Source: a virus. From it: a stretch of DNA of 41,426 nt. This document shows positions 1 to 9,925 of the stretch, piece after piece. The stretch lies in the IMG/VR virus record IMGVR_UViG_3300028914_000024, positions 1 to 41,426 of that record; one strand, written 5' to 3'. The notes under the pieces were generated by a model that saw only the letters and a list, made by a program, of their open reading frames with translations, was not told the origin of the DNA and ran no database searches. A program made the translations under genes and the position numbers. Within the stretch, counting starts at the first letter, position 1, and each line of letters starts with the position of its first letter.

Positions 1-127
1 AATTACCATAGCTATTCCCTGTTTTATCTTGTGTTTTATAATCTTTTTTATAAGAAACTACAACACCATCACTATGTGCAACTATCCACCCTAAAATATG
101 TTTGCCTTTGCTATCAACATTTACCAA
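1..127. repeat. Terminal direct repeat copy 1 (identical to 41300..41426); circular-assembly overlap or terminal redundancy
   Basis: Bases 1-127 (aattaccatagctattccc...caacatttaccaa) recur exactly as the last 127 bases of the window. Confidence 0.95.
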
Positions 128-211
128 ATCTATGCCTTTGTGTTTGTCTTTGTTGTATGAACAAGTTATATCACATATACCACTTTGTAATACTCTACAT
201 TTCGTTGCCAT
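1..211 (-). CDS. Endolysin N-terminal segment (same gene as 40650..41426, joined across the circular junction; 1..127 duplicates 41300..41426)
   Basis: Frame of 40650..41426 continues through 128..211 to ATG at 211..209, preceded by GAGGGTGAT RBS. It encodes MATKCRVLQSGICDITCSYNKDKHKGIDL with the M23 HxxxD motif. An upstream in-frame stop lies at 281..283. Confidence 0.75.
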   Translation of the reverse strand, partial: MATKCRVLQSGICDITCSYNKDKHKGIDLVNVDSKGKHILGWIVAHSDGVVVSYKKDYKTQDKTGNSYGN

Positions 212-407
212 TATCATCACCCTCATCTTTATGGTCTTTTGAAAAATAATATGTAATAATCGCAGTAATAACACTTGCAGTTAATGTTGGTTCTAATTTA
301 CCTTTAAGAGACAAAATTACAAATACAGTCATAACTGCTATTGTCATTAATGATTTAACTTTTAATAAATTAGTTATCGCTTTTTTCATATTATCACCTA
401 CTTCCAT
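195..407 (-). CDS. Holin (two predicted TM helices, acidic C-terminus); likely true start ATG at 389
   Basis: Hydrophobic stretches SLMTIAVMTVFVILSL and LTASVITAIITYYF, with charged tail KDHKDEGDDNGNE. Sits immediately upstream of and overlapping the endolysin start. RBS AGGTGAT precedes the ATG at 389. Confidence 0.7.
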   Translation of the reverse strand: MEVGDNMKKAITNLLKVKSLMTIAVMTVFVILSLKGKLEPTLTASVITAIITYYFSKDHKDEGDDNGNEM

Positions 408-1888
408 TTACCTATTGCTCTTATTTGCACATTTCTTGCATATGTTGGTGTTGCACCATTAACTCTATTATAAAATGATACACTTGATTTTGAAATATTA
501 GAAATACAATTTATTGCATCAGCTGAATTTCCTTGTCCTGCTGTATATAATGGTGTTATTGTAATTACTAAACCACTTGTACTATAAAACTCTTGTGGAT
601 ATGTCCAAGAACTATTATTTGAATTAGCCGATATACTAACGCTTGTATTCCAACATTCCATTGTTCCATCATAATATTTGACATAATACCCATTTGCATT
701 GTTACCACTTGCTATTATAGGATTTTGTCCTATTGTAAGTGCCAAAAAGTCAATGTGGTCGGCATATTCACTCCAAGTTGGTTGTCCTAATGGTATTGTT
801 CCCTCTGCAACATCGCTATAATAAGTTACACCATCACTATAACTATCTTCCAATATAATTTTATAATTGTATTGTTTTGTAAAATCAATATTGCTTATTT
901 CATAATTTGTAACTGTTACATCTCCACCGCTTAACGTAGGTGTCAATGATGTGTAATTAGCGGGTTCACTTGTATTACGTTCCCATACTTTATAGCCTAT
1001 TGTTCTAATTGCATTATTATTGCCTACCGCATCATTATTTTTGTATATAGTACCAACGACATTTATATTTGCTTTATTGTCCGTAAGATTAGTGCCATTG
1101 CCACTTTTTCTTTTTATTGTTGTTGATGTTTTTTCTAGTGTAGGTTTTGTATATGGAATAAGATAAGTATAAGGATATGCAGTTGTTGATGTGCCACCTT
1201 TATTATCAGTTAATCTAATTGATAATTCTGGCACTGTTCTTTGCAAAAAATCAACATATGATGTATATAATTCATTTTGAATTAAATTAATAGATACTTG
1301 ATTTGTTTGTGAAGAATATACTTTTGCAGATGTATTTAATACCTCATATAAAGTCATTGTTGCATTGTCTGTTTCAGCTGTTATAGTTGCAATTTTATTA
1401 CTTAAATATGGTACAAAATAATCACCGCCAACACCCAATGTAGTTAATTGTGAATTTTGTTCAGTAAAAGTTACATCAGTTATATAAGGTGCTTGGTGCA
1501 ATGTAGTTAGTGTAAATGTACTGCTTGAACTTGCATTTCCACAAGTATAACTTTGTCCTGTTGTATCACTTACACTAAAAGCAACATTTATTGTTTTTGT
1601 ACCATCACTATCGTGTGCTATTTCTATATTACTGCCACTTTTTAATGTAACTGTTGATGAACCATTATATGAAGGAATAGTACCTGTATAACTATTACTT
1701 CCAATTGTTATTGAGTATGATATTTTATTACTCCAATTTGCCCAATCATAACCACTTGTAATTGGTGCTAATTGAAATGTATAACTTAAAAATGAACTAT
1801 TACCACTTGTTGAACTTTCAACAACTGTTAATGTAAATTTATGATGTCCTTTTGAACCATTTGCAGTTAATGTTTTACTTAATGCCAT
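398..1888 (-). CDS. Receptor-binding protein / tail fibre
   Basis: Last tail gene before the lysis cassette. S/T/N-rich beta-type sequence. N-terminus resembles siphovirus DUF859-type proteins and the C-terminus is a compact head domain (NGYYVKYYDGTMECW...). Confidence 0.7.
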   Translation of the reverse strand: MALSKTLTANGSKGHHKFTLTVVESSTSGNSSFLSYTFQLAPITSGYDWANWSNKISYSITIGSNSYTGTIPSYNGSSTVTLKSGSNIEIAHDSDGTKTINVAFSVSDTTGQSYTCGNASSSSTFTLTTLHQAPYITDVTFTEQNSQLTTLGVGGDYFVPYLSNKIATITAETDNATMTLYEVLNTSAKVYSSQTNQVSINLIQNELYTSYVDFLQRTVPELSIRLTDNKGGTSTTAYPYTYLIPYTKPTLEKTSTTIKRKSGNGTNLTDNKANINVVGTIYKNNDAVGNNNAIRTIGYKVWERNTSEPANYTSLTPTLSGGDVTVTNYEISNIDFTKQYNYKIILEDSYSDGVTYYSDVAEGTIPLGQPTWSEYADHIDFLALTIGQNPIIASGNNANGYYVKYYDGTMECWNTSVSISANSNNSSWTYPQEFYSTSGLVITITPLYTAGQGNSADAINCISNISKSSVSFYNRVNGATPTYARNVQIRAIGKWK

Positions 1889-1890
1889 AA

Positions 1891-4227
1891 TTAATTACCT
1901 CCATTATAAAAATGCCCAAATGCCTCATCACCATTATTATCGGTGTATAATTGTGCAACAAACATTGGTGTTTCATCTTTATTCTTCATACCATAATAAT
2001 AAACCCCAAATAAGTGCAAATCTTTTTGTTTTGAACCATCCTTTGTATATTCACCAACAATAGTATCACCATCTTTATAATATGTTCCATCGTTTCTATG
2101 CAATGCACTAAAATTAGTATTACTATCACTTATTGTTAATCCTTCTGCATTAAAAGTAAAGCCCGTTGTTGTTGTTACTTCGTTAATTTTACTTGATACA
2201 GGGTTGCCTTGTTGGTCATATTCATAAGTAACATTTTGCGATATTACATCTATTGTTAAATCAGTTGCAGTTTGTTTTGTTTCTACTGTATCTAATCTAT
2301 TATCTAATGAACTATACTGACTTGTTACTATATCTACTTTACTGTTGGCTTTATCTGCTAATACATAGGCAGTATTTATCTTTCTATCGGTTGTATCGGC
2401 TTTTGAATAATCAGGGTTAGTATCTTCTGGCATTTCAGTATATACTTGTTCCTCTAAACCTTGTGTGATATTCACTTCATCATTAAACATAATGCACGAA
2501 TAGAAATTATCACCAACTTTTATATTGTATTTATCACATAAATCATAATAACAAATTCCTACGCTTGAAAAGTCATTTATGCAATACTCTAAACCATTTA
2601 ATTTTGCATAAATATCTGGCATATATGTATCTCTATCATTGCCATTCATTATTTGATTATCTTCAATTCTTATTTCAATAGGGTCAGCAGGTGGTGTAGT
2701 TGGGTAGTAAATACTATCACTTTCAGCACTTCTTGTTAAAACTATTGTATTAACCGCACCAAACTTTTCACCAAAATTAACATTGACATCTTTTAAGTAT
2801 TCTTCATCTATTGTATCTCCATAAGGTTCATAATCAGTTTTTGTGTCATTAATTTCTACTTGAATATTACTTACACTAGCACTTTGCAATGCAGAGCCAA
2901 TTATAAACGTAAAATACAACTCCTCGTCAGCTGTTGATGTGTATGATAAATAACTTGCTAATGTTGATTTTAAATTAGTACCATAAACATTCCCCCTATA
3001 TATTACCAAATAAAAATCATTTGTACCAAAATCATTAGAGGTTGCACTAAAAGTATATGTTTTGCCATTTTCTACTGCAATCTTTTTTGCTACATAACGC
3101 CCATAATTTAAGCCATTTCTTATAAAAGAAAAGCCATTATTCTCTATTGTTAAATTATCACTTGTTAATTGTGTATAATAATCACTATTTTGCCATAAAT
3201 TTTTGCCTATTGTTTGATTAATATATCTTATTTCTAACTCATCATCATCATTTATGCAAATTGTACTTGCAGTTACCTCTGCTAACTCATCTAAAACATC
3301 TCTAAATTTATAACCTAAACTTGAATAAGTTTCAGTTTCATTATCATAACTTAAATATTTCTCACTTGTTATTTCTCTATTGTAATTAGCAAATGTATCA
3401 CTTGAATTAGCAAATGTTATGCCTAAATGATTACATATTGCATTAATATAACTTCTTATCGTTATAGGATATGTTATTTCTAAATCTTCATAATCTGTCA
3501 TTGAATATAGCATTTTATCATAACAAGTTATTTTATAGCTTCTTGTATCTTCTTGTTTTTCTATGTCTTTTACTATGTAATTCCCATAATTAACATAATC
3601 ATAAGCACCATAATCTTCATAACTTGTTGCAATAGGGTTTTCTTCTATCATTGCATCTTTAAAATCAACATCTGTTGTTGTAGTTCCATTGCTAGTATAA
3701 AATAATACACTATCTACTTCTTTTGTTATATTAAATGTATGTGGAAAAGAGTATAAATCGCTATATGTACTATCACTATATGCTAATCTTACTTTTCCTG
3801 TCCAAGAAGTTGAAGTACCACTATTTACAACAACATCGGCATTCATAGTATATGTTCCGTTTGATACATTAAAAGGGTATGATACATACCATTTACCATT
3901 TGCATTAAATCCTGTGTCTATTAATGTATAGGTTGTTTGATAACCATTTTGCAAATTATTTCTATTTAATAAGTTCTTACCTGTTCTTGTTTTAACACCA
4001 AATTGATAATTTAATAATGTACCAACAGGTATTTCAACATTGCTATCTATATCTAGTTGTTTCATTACTGATTTTAGTATAGCACCCTCATAATGTGGTG
4101 TTACAGAGTTAAGTTGTTCGTTACCTAACTCTGTTGTTGTTCCATCTATTGTATATGTAATTTTACTGTCAAGCTCTCTACCAAATTCTTTTATTTTTTC
4201 TTTAAATTTACTTGTATGTGTTTTCAT
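1891..4227 (-). CDS. Tail-associated (Tal-like) minor structural protein
   Basis: 778 aa, directly downstream of TMP and Dit. N-terminus typical of Firmicute phage minor structural / prophage-tail proteins. Call rests on synteny. Confidence 0.6.
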   Translation of the reverse strand: MKTHTSKFKEKIKEFGRELDSKITYTIDGTTTELGNEQLNSVTPHYEGAILKSVMKQLDIDSNVEIPVGTLLNYQFGVKTRTGKNLLNRNNLQNGYQTTYTLIDTGFNANGKWYVSYPFNVSNGTYTMNADVVVNSGTSTSWTGKVRLAYSDSTYSDLYSFPHTFNITKEVDSVLFYTSNGTTTTDVDFKDAMIEENPIATSYEDYGAYDYVNYGNYIVKDIEKQEDTRSYKITCYDKMLYSMTDYEDLEITYPITIRSYINAICNHLGITFANSSDTFANYNREITSEKYLSYDNETETYSSLGYKFRDVLDELAEVTASTICINDDDELEIRYINQTIGKNLWQNSDYYTQLTSDNLTIENNGFSFIRNGLNYGRYVAKKIAVENGKTYTFSATSNDFGTNDFYLVIYRGNVYGTNLKSTLASYLSYTSTADEELYFTFIIGSALQSASVSNIQVEINDTKTDYEPYGDTIDEEYLKDVNVNFGEKFGAVNTIVLTRSAESDSIYYPTTPPADPIEIRIEDNQIMNGNDRDTYMPDIYAKLNGLEYCINDFSSVGICYYDLCDKYNIKVGDNFYSCIMFNDEVNITQGLEEQVYTEMPEDTNPDYSKADTTDRKINTAYVLADKANSKVDIVTSQYSSLDNRLDTVETKQTATDLTIDVISQNVTYEYDQQGNPVSSKINEVTTTTGFTFNAEGLTISDSNTNFSALHRNDGTYYKDGDTIVGEYTKDGSKQKDLHLFGVYYYGMKNKDETPMFVAQLYTDNNGDEAFGHFYNGGN

Positions 4228-4228
4228 A

Positions 4229-4639
4229 TTATGCCCTCTTTCTAACAGCTATAAATGAAACACTAAATGGCTCATTTGTTGAATTTCCAGTTATAATATG
4301 TTTGTTTATATAATCATAATTACCCGTATATGTTTCCATTGTTACTGTTGTTTTTTTGTTAGGGTCATAATATTTGAATGATTGTTTTGTTGCGTCTAAA
4401 ATAGGTATTATTGTTTCTAATTGTGTTTTTGTTAATCTTCCAAATTGCAATACTATTTTTGGAAAATGACCTATAAGAGTTGCAACCATACTTCCCGCTA
4501 AATTCCTACCGCTTGAATTATCGTATAATTTGTCAAAGCTATATTTTACTTCTACCAAATAATCACCTAATGACAAATAATTTGCCATACCATCTATTTT
4601 TACTTGAATACTATTTTTGTCTATAAACAAATTAATCAC
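4229..4639 (-). CDS. Distal tail protein-like (Dit), short form
   Basis: Position between tape measure and Tal. Assigned by synteny only. Confidence 0.45.
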   Translation of the reverse strand: MINLFIDKNSIQVKIDGMANYLSLGDYLVEVKYSFDKLYDNSSGRNLAGSMVATLIGHFPKIVLQFGRLTKTQLETIIPILDATKQSFKYYDPNKKTTVTMETYTGNYDYINKHIITGNSTNEPFSVSFIAVRKRA

Positions 4640-6580
4640 CTACTTGTTTGTAGCAAAGTTATTCTCTGCTTTAATTTTTTCTATTTTTCTATCAACAACT
4701 CTATTGTAAGCATATACAGGTATTGTTGCATTTATTGTAACTCTTTTTCCAATTGCATCGGCAACCATATCTAAACTTTGGCTATCAGTTAAAGGTTGTA
4801 CCCATTCTGCACCTTTTTCACCACCTATAGCACTTCCCAATGACACACCTCTGCCTGGTTGATTTACTATTCCACCTTTGGCAAGTCTGATTGTTGGAAA
4901 TGTAATGCCAAATGTATTTAATATTCCTGTTTTTAGCTTATCAAATAATGTGTTAATGCTATTTTTTGCCCCTGTTGTATCAACATTGAATTTAGTTGTA
5001 ATGCTTGTTTTAACTTTTCCTAAAGCGTTATTATATTCATTAACTTGTTTTGTATTTTCTTTTGTGCTTTTAGTTGCTTTTGTTGTTTTTTCATCATTTT
5101 CTTCCAACAATTTATTTGTTTTTGCTAATTCTTTTTGTGCATCCTCATATACACCTTTTTTAGCTCTTAATTGACTTGAGTGTTTGTTTTCTTCATTTGT
5201 TTGTTCCTCAAGATATTTTTTATATTTTTTTAATGTTTCAATATATCTTTTTTTCTGTTCATCAGTAAGTTTGCCTTGTTCATAAGCCTCCGTCCAAGCT
5301 TCCATATCTTTTTTAGTTGCTTCATAGTTTGCTATAATTTTGTTTGTATCCGCATCCCAATCACCTGTTACTGCTGAAATTATCATTTCCCATAAAGACA
5401 TTTGCTTTCTATTTTCTTCAATTTGATGCGTGTCCTCAATCAACTCGTCAACGTGGCTTTCAATTCTATTTGATAACATATCTATAAACTGTGGTGTGTC
5501 CTTATTTGCTTTTAGTATTTTTATAGCTTGGTCATCTAATGCAATTACACCATCTAACCATCTATCAGTTTCATCATTTAACAGTTTTACTGCATCTCTT
5601 GCCTCTTTAACTGTGCTATATAAAATTGAAATTTCAATTGCTATTACACCTATTCCTGCCAAATAAGCAAGTAAACTAGCTACACCTGCCAAGCCTGTTC
5701 CAGCCATTGCACCGACACCAGCTACACCAATTATTTTGGTTATCATACTTAAAAGTGCAACACCACCAAGTGTTAATAAAATAACATTAGGATGCTGAAT
5801 AGCATAATCTACAATTTGTTTTATTATGTCGTATACTGGTTTTAATGCCTCGCCAATTCTTTCAATCGTTGCTTTTGCATTTTCACCTATGTCAGCAACA
5901 TCAAATAAAACTGATGTATCAACATTTGAACCTATGCCACTAGCATTATTCCCAAGTGTTTCAATTTCATCAAAACTAGCTTTTAATTTATCATTTGCAT
6001 TTGCTAAGCCCTGAGTTGCTTTTGTTTGTTTCTTTAATATGGCAGTATTTGCTTTTTCTATGTAATTAACACCCGTTAATACACTTGCAAAATAAAGTAT
6101 ACTTGTTACTAATTTTTTCATTAAATTAGATACGGCGGTTATAATAGTTTCCATAAAAGTTCCCAATGCCGTCCAATTGGCTTCAAGTTGTTTAGTAGTA
6201 TGTTCATCAGTTGCCAAATATGAACTTGATGCTTTTCTTATAATGCTATATGCGGTTCTTATACCCAATATTCCAAATGCTAATTTTTTTACACCCTTTG
6301 TCAAACTTTCTAATAAATTTATTTTCTTTTCTGGTTCGTCGCTATCATCTTCTTCAGCTCTATCTTTTGCATTTTTTAAATCAATAAGACGATTTGTTGT
6401 CTTTTCAATTTGAGTTCTTAAATATCTTAAATCCTCTTGCTGACCAGCAAATAAAGGCATTTTAGCAGTATCGTTATATGCTTTTTCTAATTTTTCTAAT
6501 TCCTCTTCAGCATCTTCAATTTGAGCATCAAAGTTTTTGCTATCTAAATCTATTTTTATAACAACGTCTCCGTCACTCAT
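4640..6580 (-). CDS. Tail tape measure protein
   Basis: 646 aa. Coiled-coil-rich ends, central hydrophobic Gly/Ala-rich segments (GVAGVGAMAGTGLAGVASLLAYLAGIGVIAI). Position after the tail chaperones. Confidence 0.85.
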   Translation of the reverse strand: MSDGDVVIKIDLDSKNFDAQIEDAEEELEKLEKAYNDTAKMPLFAGQQEDLRYLRTQIEKTTNRLIDLKNAKDRAEEDDSDEPEKKINLLESLTKGVKKLAFGILGIRTAYSIIRKASSSYLATDEHTTKQLEANWTALGTFMETIITAVSNLMKKLVTSILYFASVLTGVNYIEKANTAILKKQTKATQGLANANDKLKASFDEIETLGNNASGIGSNVDTSVLFDVADIGENAKATIERIGEALKPVYDIIKQIVDYAIQHPNVILLTLGGVALLSMITKIIGVAGVGAMAGTGLAGVASLLAYLAGIGVIAIEISILYSTVKEARDAVKLLNDETDRWLDGVIALDDQAIKILKANKDTPQFIDMLSNRIESHVDELIEDTHQIEENRKQMSLWEMIISAVTGDWDADTNKIIANYEATKKDMEAWTEAYEQGKLTDEQKKRYIETLKKYKKYLEEQTNEENKHSSQLRAKKGVYEDAQKELAKTNKLLEENDEKTTKATKSTKENTKQVNEYNNALGKVKTSITTKFNVDTTGAKNSINTLFDKLKTGILNTFGITFPTIRLAKGGIVNQPGRGVSLGSAIGGEKGAEWVQPLTDSQSLDMVADAIGKRVTINATIPVYAYNRVVDRKIEKIKAENNFATNK

Positions 6581-6596
6581 TACGTCCTCACTCCTT

Positions 6597-7145
6597 TCAT
6601 ATTATTAAATTTTTATAAAATTCGTCTGCACTTTTTTGTTGCTCTTTTGTTGCAACTTTTTCTTCTAAATCATAAAATTCTTTGGCTTCTATAACTTTAT
6701 TTTTTAATTCTTTATCAGTAATCTTAGAGGGGTCACAATTTCGTATATCTCTTATTTTATTCAATATACAATCGTCTTTTAATCCTGCAATCAATTCTAT
6801 AAAAAACCAAAAATGCAAATCTTCTTTTGATAAATTTGTTTTGTAGTCACTCATAAAACTTGCAACTATATATTTAAAATCCTTTTTAAAGTCAAAATCT
6901 TTTTTCTTCTTTTTAAGTTCTTTTCTCTCTTTTTCACCACATTCCAAAAATATAGTTGCTTTTTCTAAAAAAATATCAAAATCTTCTTCTGGTATCATAT
7001 CAAATAATAAATAAACAATAGCTAATGCTCGTTCAAAGTCAGTAATTGTTTTATCATCTATTACTTCAAAACATTTTAATGCTGTTGTATATCTTGTATC
7101 TATTTTATACTTTTTGCCTTTTATTTCAGCATACTCAGGATACAT
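6597..7145 (-). CDS. Tail assembly protein, Gp15-like
   Basis: Start overlaps upstream stop (TAATG). N-terminus YKIDTRYTTALKCFEVIDDKTITDFERALAIVYLLF resembles the Firmicute phage Gp15 family found just before the TMP. Confidence 0.55.
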   Translation of the reverse strand: MYPEYAEIKGKKYKIDTRYTTALKCFEVIDDKTITDFERALAIVYLLFDMIPEEDFDIFLEKATIFLECGEKERKELKKKKKDFDFKKDFKYIVASFMSDYKTNLSKEDLHFWFFIELIAGLKDDCILNKIRDIRNCDPSKITDKELKNKVIEAKEFYDLEEKVATKEQQKSADEFYKNLII

Positions 7146-7603
7146 TAGATAACATTCTCTTTTCCTTTTTGATATTTTTTCATTATTTTTTCATTAATTG
7201 TTTTTGCCTCTAAGCCCATCATATCAAAGTGTGATTTGTTGCCCAACTCAGGTCTTTTTTTGTTTAATTCATCAAATAAATCATTAAACATAGAATAATA
7301 ATTTCTATTGCCGAATATTTTTTGACAAGCATTTTCTCCTAAAAAGTTGTCTATTAATTTTCTCATCTCTATAAACATATTATTTTCTATTTCAGTAATT
7401 TTTCTATCGGCATCTTCACTTTTATTGTCTATTATTTCTTGTATTTGTTCTTTTACATTCTTTTCTAATTCCTTTATTTTATCCAAACTTTCATAGCATT
7501 TCATAGGAGTGCCAATATCATCAATATCTATTTCAATGCATTCCCCTTTATTATTTACTTGTATTTTGTATATTCCGTTTTTAGCTAAATTAATACTAGT
7601 CAT
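7145..7603 (-). CDS. Tail assembly chaperone (gpG-like by position)
   Basis: Acidic 152-aa protein between major tail protein and TMP. Confidence 0.5.
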   Translation of the reverse strand: MTSINLAKNGIYKIQVNNKGECIEIDIDDIGTPMKCYESLDKIKELEKNVKEQIQEIIDNKSEDADRKITEIENNMFIEMRKLIDNFLGENACQKIFGNRNYYSMFNDLFDELNKKRPELGNKSHFDMMGLEAKTINEKIMKKYQKGKENVI

Positions 7604-7663
7604 AATTCCTCCGTTCTTAATAAAAATAAGGATGAGGGTTTATACCCTCACCCTTTTAGGTTT

Positions 7664-8140
7664 CTATAAACTTGTTGTAGGTGCAAATGTTGGTACACCA
7701 TCCGCAATTGTTACTGTGCCTTCTATAGGGTCTCCATCGAAGTACAAATCATATGAAATTTCTTCACCTGAATATTCTGTAATAACTATTACTCCGTCAC
7801 TTTTCTTAGCTGGATATGTTCCTTGATTACCATTCCAAGTATCAACCTCAAGAATGTGTGTAACATAATTTAGTTTATCTCTACCAGCATTTATAAATTC
7901 AAAACAAGGTTCTCCTTTATAAGTTTTCTTAGTAATACTTGATTGTTTATCATTAGAAGTGTGGTCAGTTCTTGCACTATCTTCTACTATGTATTTGGTT
8001 CTTTCTACATTAGCATTAAAAGAAACTGATGCCTCCTCAACACCCCAACCTTCTAATTTCCAAGTAAATGTTGATGATGGAGTTGTGTCTAAAAACATTT
8101 GATATTGACTTCTTTTAATTCTTTCCAAGTTTTCAAACAT
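7664..8140 (-). CDS. Major tail protein
   Basis: 158 aa beta-rich protein, preceded by a short intergenic gap with an RBS. Canonical position upstream of the chaperones and TMP. Confidence 0.65.
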   Translation of the reverse strand: MFENLERIKRSQYQMFLDTTPSSTFTWKLEGWGVEEASVSFNANVERTKYIVEDSARTDHTSNDKQSSITKKTYKGEPCFEFINAGRDKLNYVTHILEVDTWNGNQGTYPAKKSDGVIVITEYSGEEISYDLYFDGDPIEGTVTIADGVPTFAPTTSL

Positions 8141-8321
8141 TGTTTTCCTCCTTTTCTAGTTCTCTTTTTATTAGAACTAAATCTTTATATTCAAGAGGTT
8201 CTATAAAGCCTAATTCATTTAGTTTAACTATTTGCTCAAAAGTCAAACCATTTATTTCATCACCAACAATATATTGTTTATTGTTAGCAGTAAAATCAAT
8301 TTTAGCAATAATCTTTTTCAT
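8133..8321 (-). CDS. Hypothetical small protein (head-tail region)
   Basis: 62-aa ORF translationally coupled on both sides. Confidence 0.55.
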   Translation of the reverse strand: MKKIIAKIDFTANNKQYIVGDEINGLTFEQIVKLNELGFIEPLEYKDLVLIKRELEKEENNV

Positions 8322-8764
8322 AGGCTCATTACCTCTCTTTCTTTATTATCTATATATGTAATTTGTATTTGTATATCAAATATTGCACTTGTTCCATTTG
8401 TAGTAAGCAATGTACCACAATTTAAACACTCAATACTTTCTATATTATCAATTTGAGGCAGTATGCCTTCGTCATTATTAGTTTTGATTATGTTTTCAAA
8501 TTCTTCAAAGAACCCAATATTGTTAAGATTGTTAATAGTGTCTTGTGAGTATGCTTTCCTACTTCTAAATGAATACACATCTTTTTTCTTGGTTATTCCT
8601 ATTATCCATTTTTCAGCCTCAGGATTAGTTGGTATTTTATCTAAGCTAAAATCATCAACTTTGTTTGATAGCATATCAGCATTTATTTGGTACAATCTAT
8701 TTGATGTAAGAGTATTTATAATACCAAATAGATAATCCCTTAATTTTGCTATTCTATAATCCAT
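8318..8764 (-). CDS. Head-tail connector / tail terminator-like protein (by synteny)
   Basis: 148 aa, coupled to neighbours between the capsid and tail genes. Confidence 0.5.
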   Translation of the reverse strand: MDYRIAKLRDYLFGIINTLTSNRLYQINADMLSNKVDDFSLDKIPTNPEAEKWIIGITKKKDVYSFRSRKAYSQDTINNLNNIGFFEEFENIIKTNNDEGILPQIDNIESIECLNCGTLLTTNGTSAIFDIQIQITYIDNKEREVMSL

Positions 8765-9144
8765 TATTTACCTCCACGATTTATGTAATCTTGTACTTGT
8801 TTTATAATATCTTGTCCTTTAGCTGTCCACATAACTTTATCCCAATATGCAGTAGCTAGAGAGTGTTTGTCTGTATGGAAGACAATTTGTTTACCATTTC
8901 TAATTCCATAATAGACTATTTTTGCATATTCTTGAGAATATGTTATTGTGTCAACAGTTACATTGGTTCTATTTATATCACCATTTTTTAACACAACTGT
9001 TTCAGCTAATGTTCCTGTATCAAAAGGAACATATTTATCCATTGCCTTAGCACAAGTATCGGTTAGAAAAGAATGCACTCTTCCACCTTTTTGTATGCCA
9101 AGACGTGTTTTGATTACACTTGTAGGTTTTATATTAACTGGCAT
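8764..9144 (-). CDS. Head-tail joining protein (HK97 gp10-like / minor capsid family)
   Basis: Motifs KYVPFDTGTL and YSQEYAKIVYYG are typical of this family. Synteny agrees. Confidence 0.6.
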   Translation of the reverse strand: MPVNIKPTSVIKTRLGIQKGGRVHSFLTDTCAKAMDKYVPFDTGTLAETVVLKNGDINRTNVTVDTITYSQEYAKIVYYGIRNGKQIVFHTDKHSLATAYWDKVMWTAKGQDIIKQVQDYINRGGK

Positions 9145-9494
9145 TATTTACCACCTATATGAATGTGTTTGCTACCAAAGTTATTGTTTTTTATACTTGT
9201 TATATTATATACCAAATAATCTTTTAAATCATCTTGAGTATTAATGCTTTGAGTAAGTGTGCCTACGACTATAATGTCACCTATTGCAAAATTACTTACA
9301 TCTAAATTATCGTTTTTTGAATAAGGTAGTCTTATCTCTATGTCGTTTGCATTGTCATAACCCTTGTTGATACTAGCACCCTTACCGCCAAATACCCAAG
9401 CATTCTCATAATTATATCTAGTCCATACCTCAAAATGAGTAATTGCATCTAATCCACTCATATGATAAATTGTTACACTATTATTGCATATCAT
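9144..9494 (-). CDS. Head closure / connector protein (by synteny)
   Basis: 116 aa ORF coupled to neighbours downstream of the major capsid gene. Confidence 0.5.
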   Translation of the reverse strand: MICNNSVTIYHMSGLDAITHFEVWTRYNYENAWVFGGKGASINKGYDNANDIEIRLPYSKNDNLDVSNFAIGDIIVVGTLTQSINTQDDLKDYLVYNITSIKNNNFGSKHIHIGGK

Positions 9495-9904
9495 TTATCC
9501 GCACCTATATACATCAAATGTTCTTGGTTAAAGATTACCCCTAACAAGTATGTTTCTATAGTGTCCGTAATCTCAACACTTTTTGATTGTATTATATCTT
9601 TTATTTGAGCAGATTTTACATAAGTAACAGAATAACCATCTGTGCTTTCACTTGCAATATTTCCATTTTCGGTAGCACTTGTGATGCTACTTGCATAATT
9701 GTTTATTGTTTCAATTAAATTAAATATACATAACTTAACTTCTTGTGGCACATCTTCACTATTAATTCCTTTAAGCCTATTTTGTGTTCTTATATCAACT
9801 TGTCGTCTACTTTCAAATTCTAATAGATTAAAAGGCATTTCGGCAAGTGTGCCACCTAGTCCTCTATATTCCGTAAAAGTTAGGTATTGTCCACTAAATT
9901 CCAT
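9491..9904 (-). CDS. Head-tail connector (gp6-like, by synteny)
   Basis: First gene after the major capsid protein, 137 aa. Confidence 0.5.
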   Translation of the reverse strand: MEFSGQYLTFTEYRGLGGTLAEMPFNLLEFESRRQVDIRTQNRLKGINSEDVPQEVKLCIFNLIETINNYASSITSATENGNIASESTDGYSVTYVKSAQIKDIIQSKSVEITDTIETYLLGVIFNQEHLMYIGADK

Positions 9905-9925
9905 AAATGCCCTCCTTTAAATAAA

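Noticed and set aside
4878-6413. Plus-strand ORFs antisense to the tape measure gene (4878..5174, 5430..5666, 5826..6014, 6177..6413), and all other plus-strand ORFs in the track
   Set aside because: Each is fully embedded antisense in a longer, motif-bearing minus-strand gene. They have a Ser/Phe/Leu/Ile-rich composition typical of the reverse frame of AT-rich coding DNA, and they lack an RBS. No plus-strand gene is needed to explain any region.
6597-7603. Programmed -1 frameshift between the two tail assembly chaperone genes
   Set aside because: The second ORF has its own ATG overlapping the upstream stop (TAATG) and looks like a separate Gp15-family protein. I saw no convincing slippery heptamer with an extended overlapping frame.
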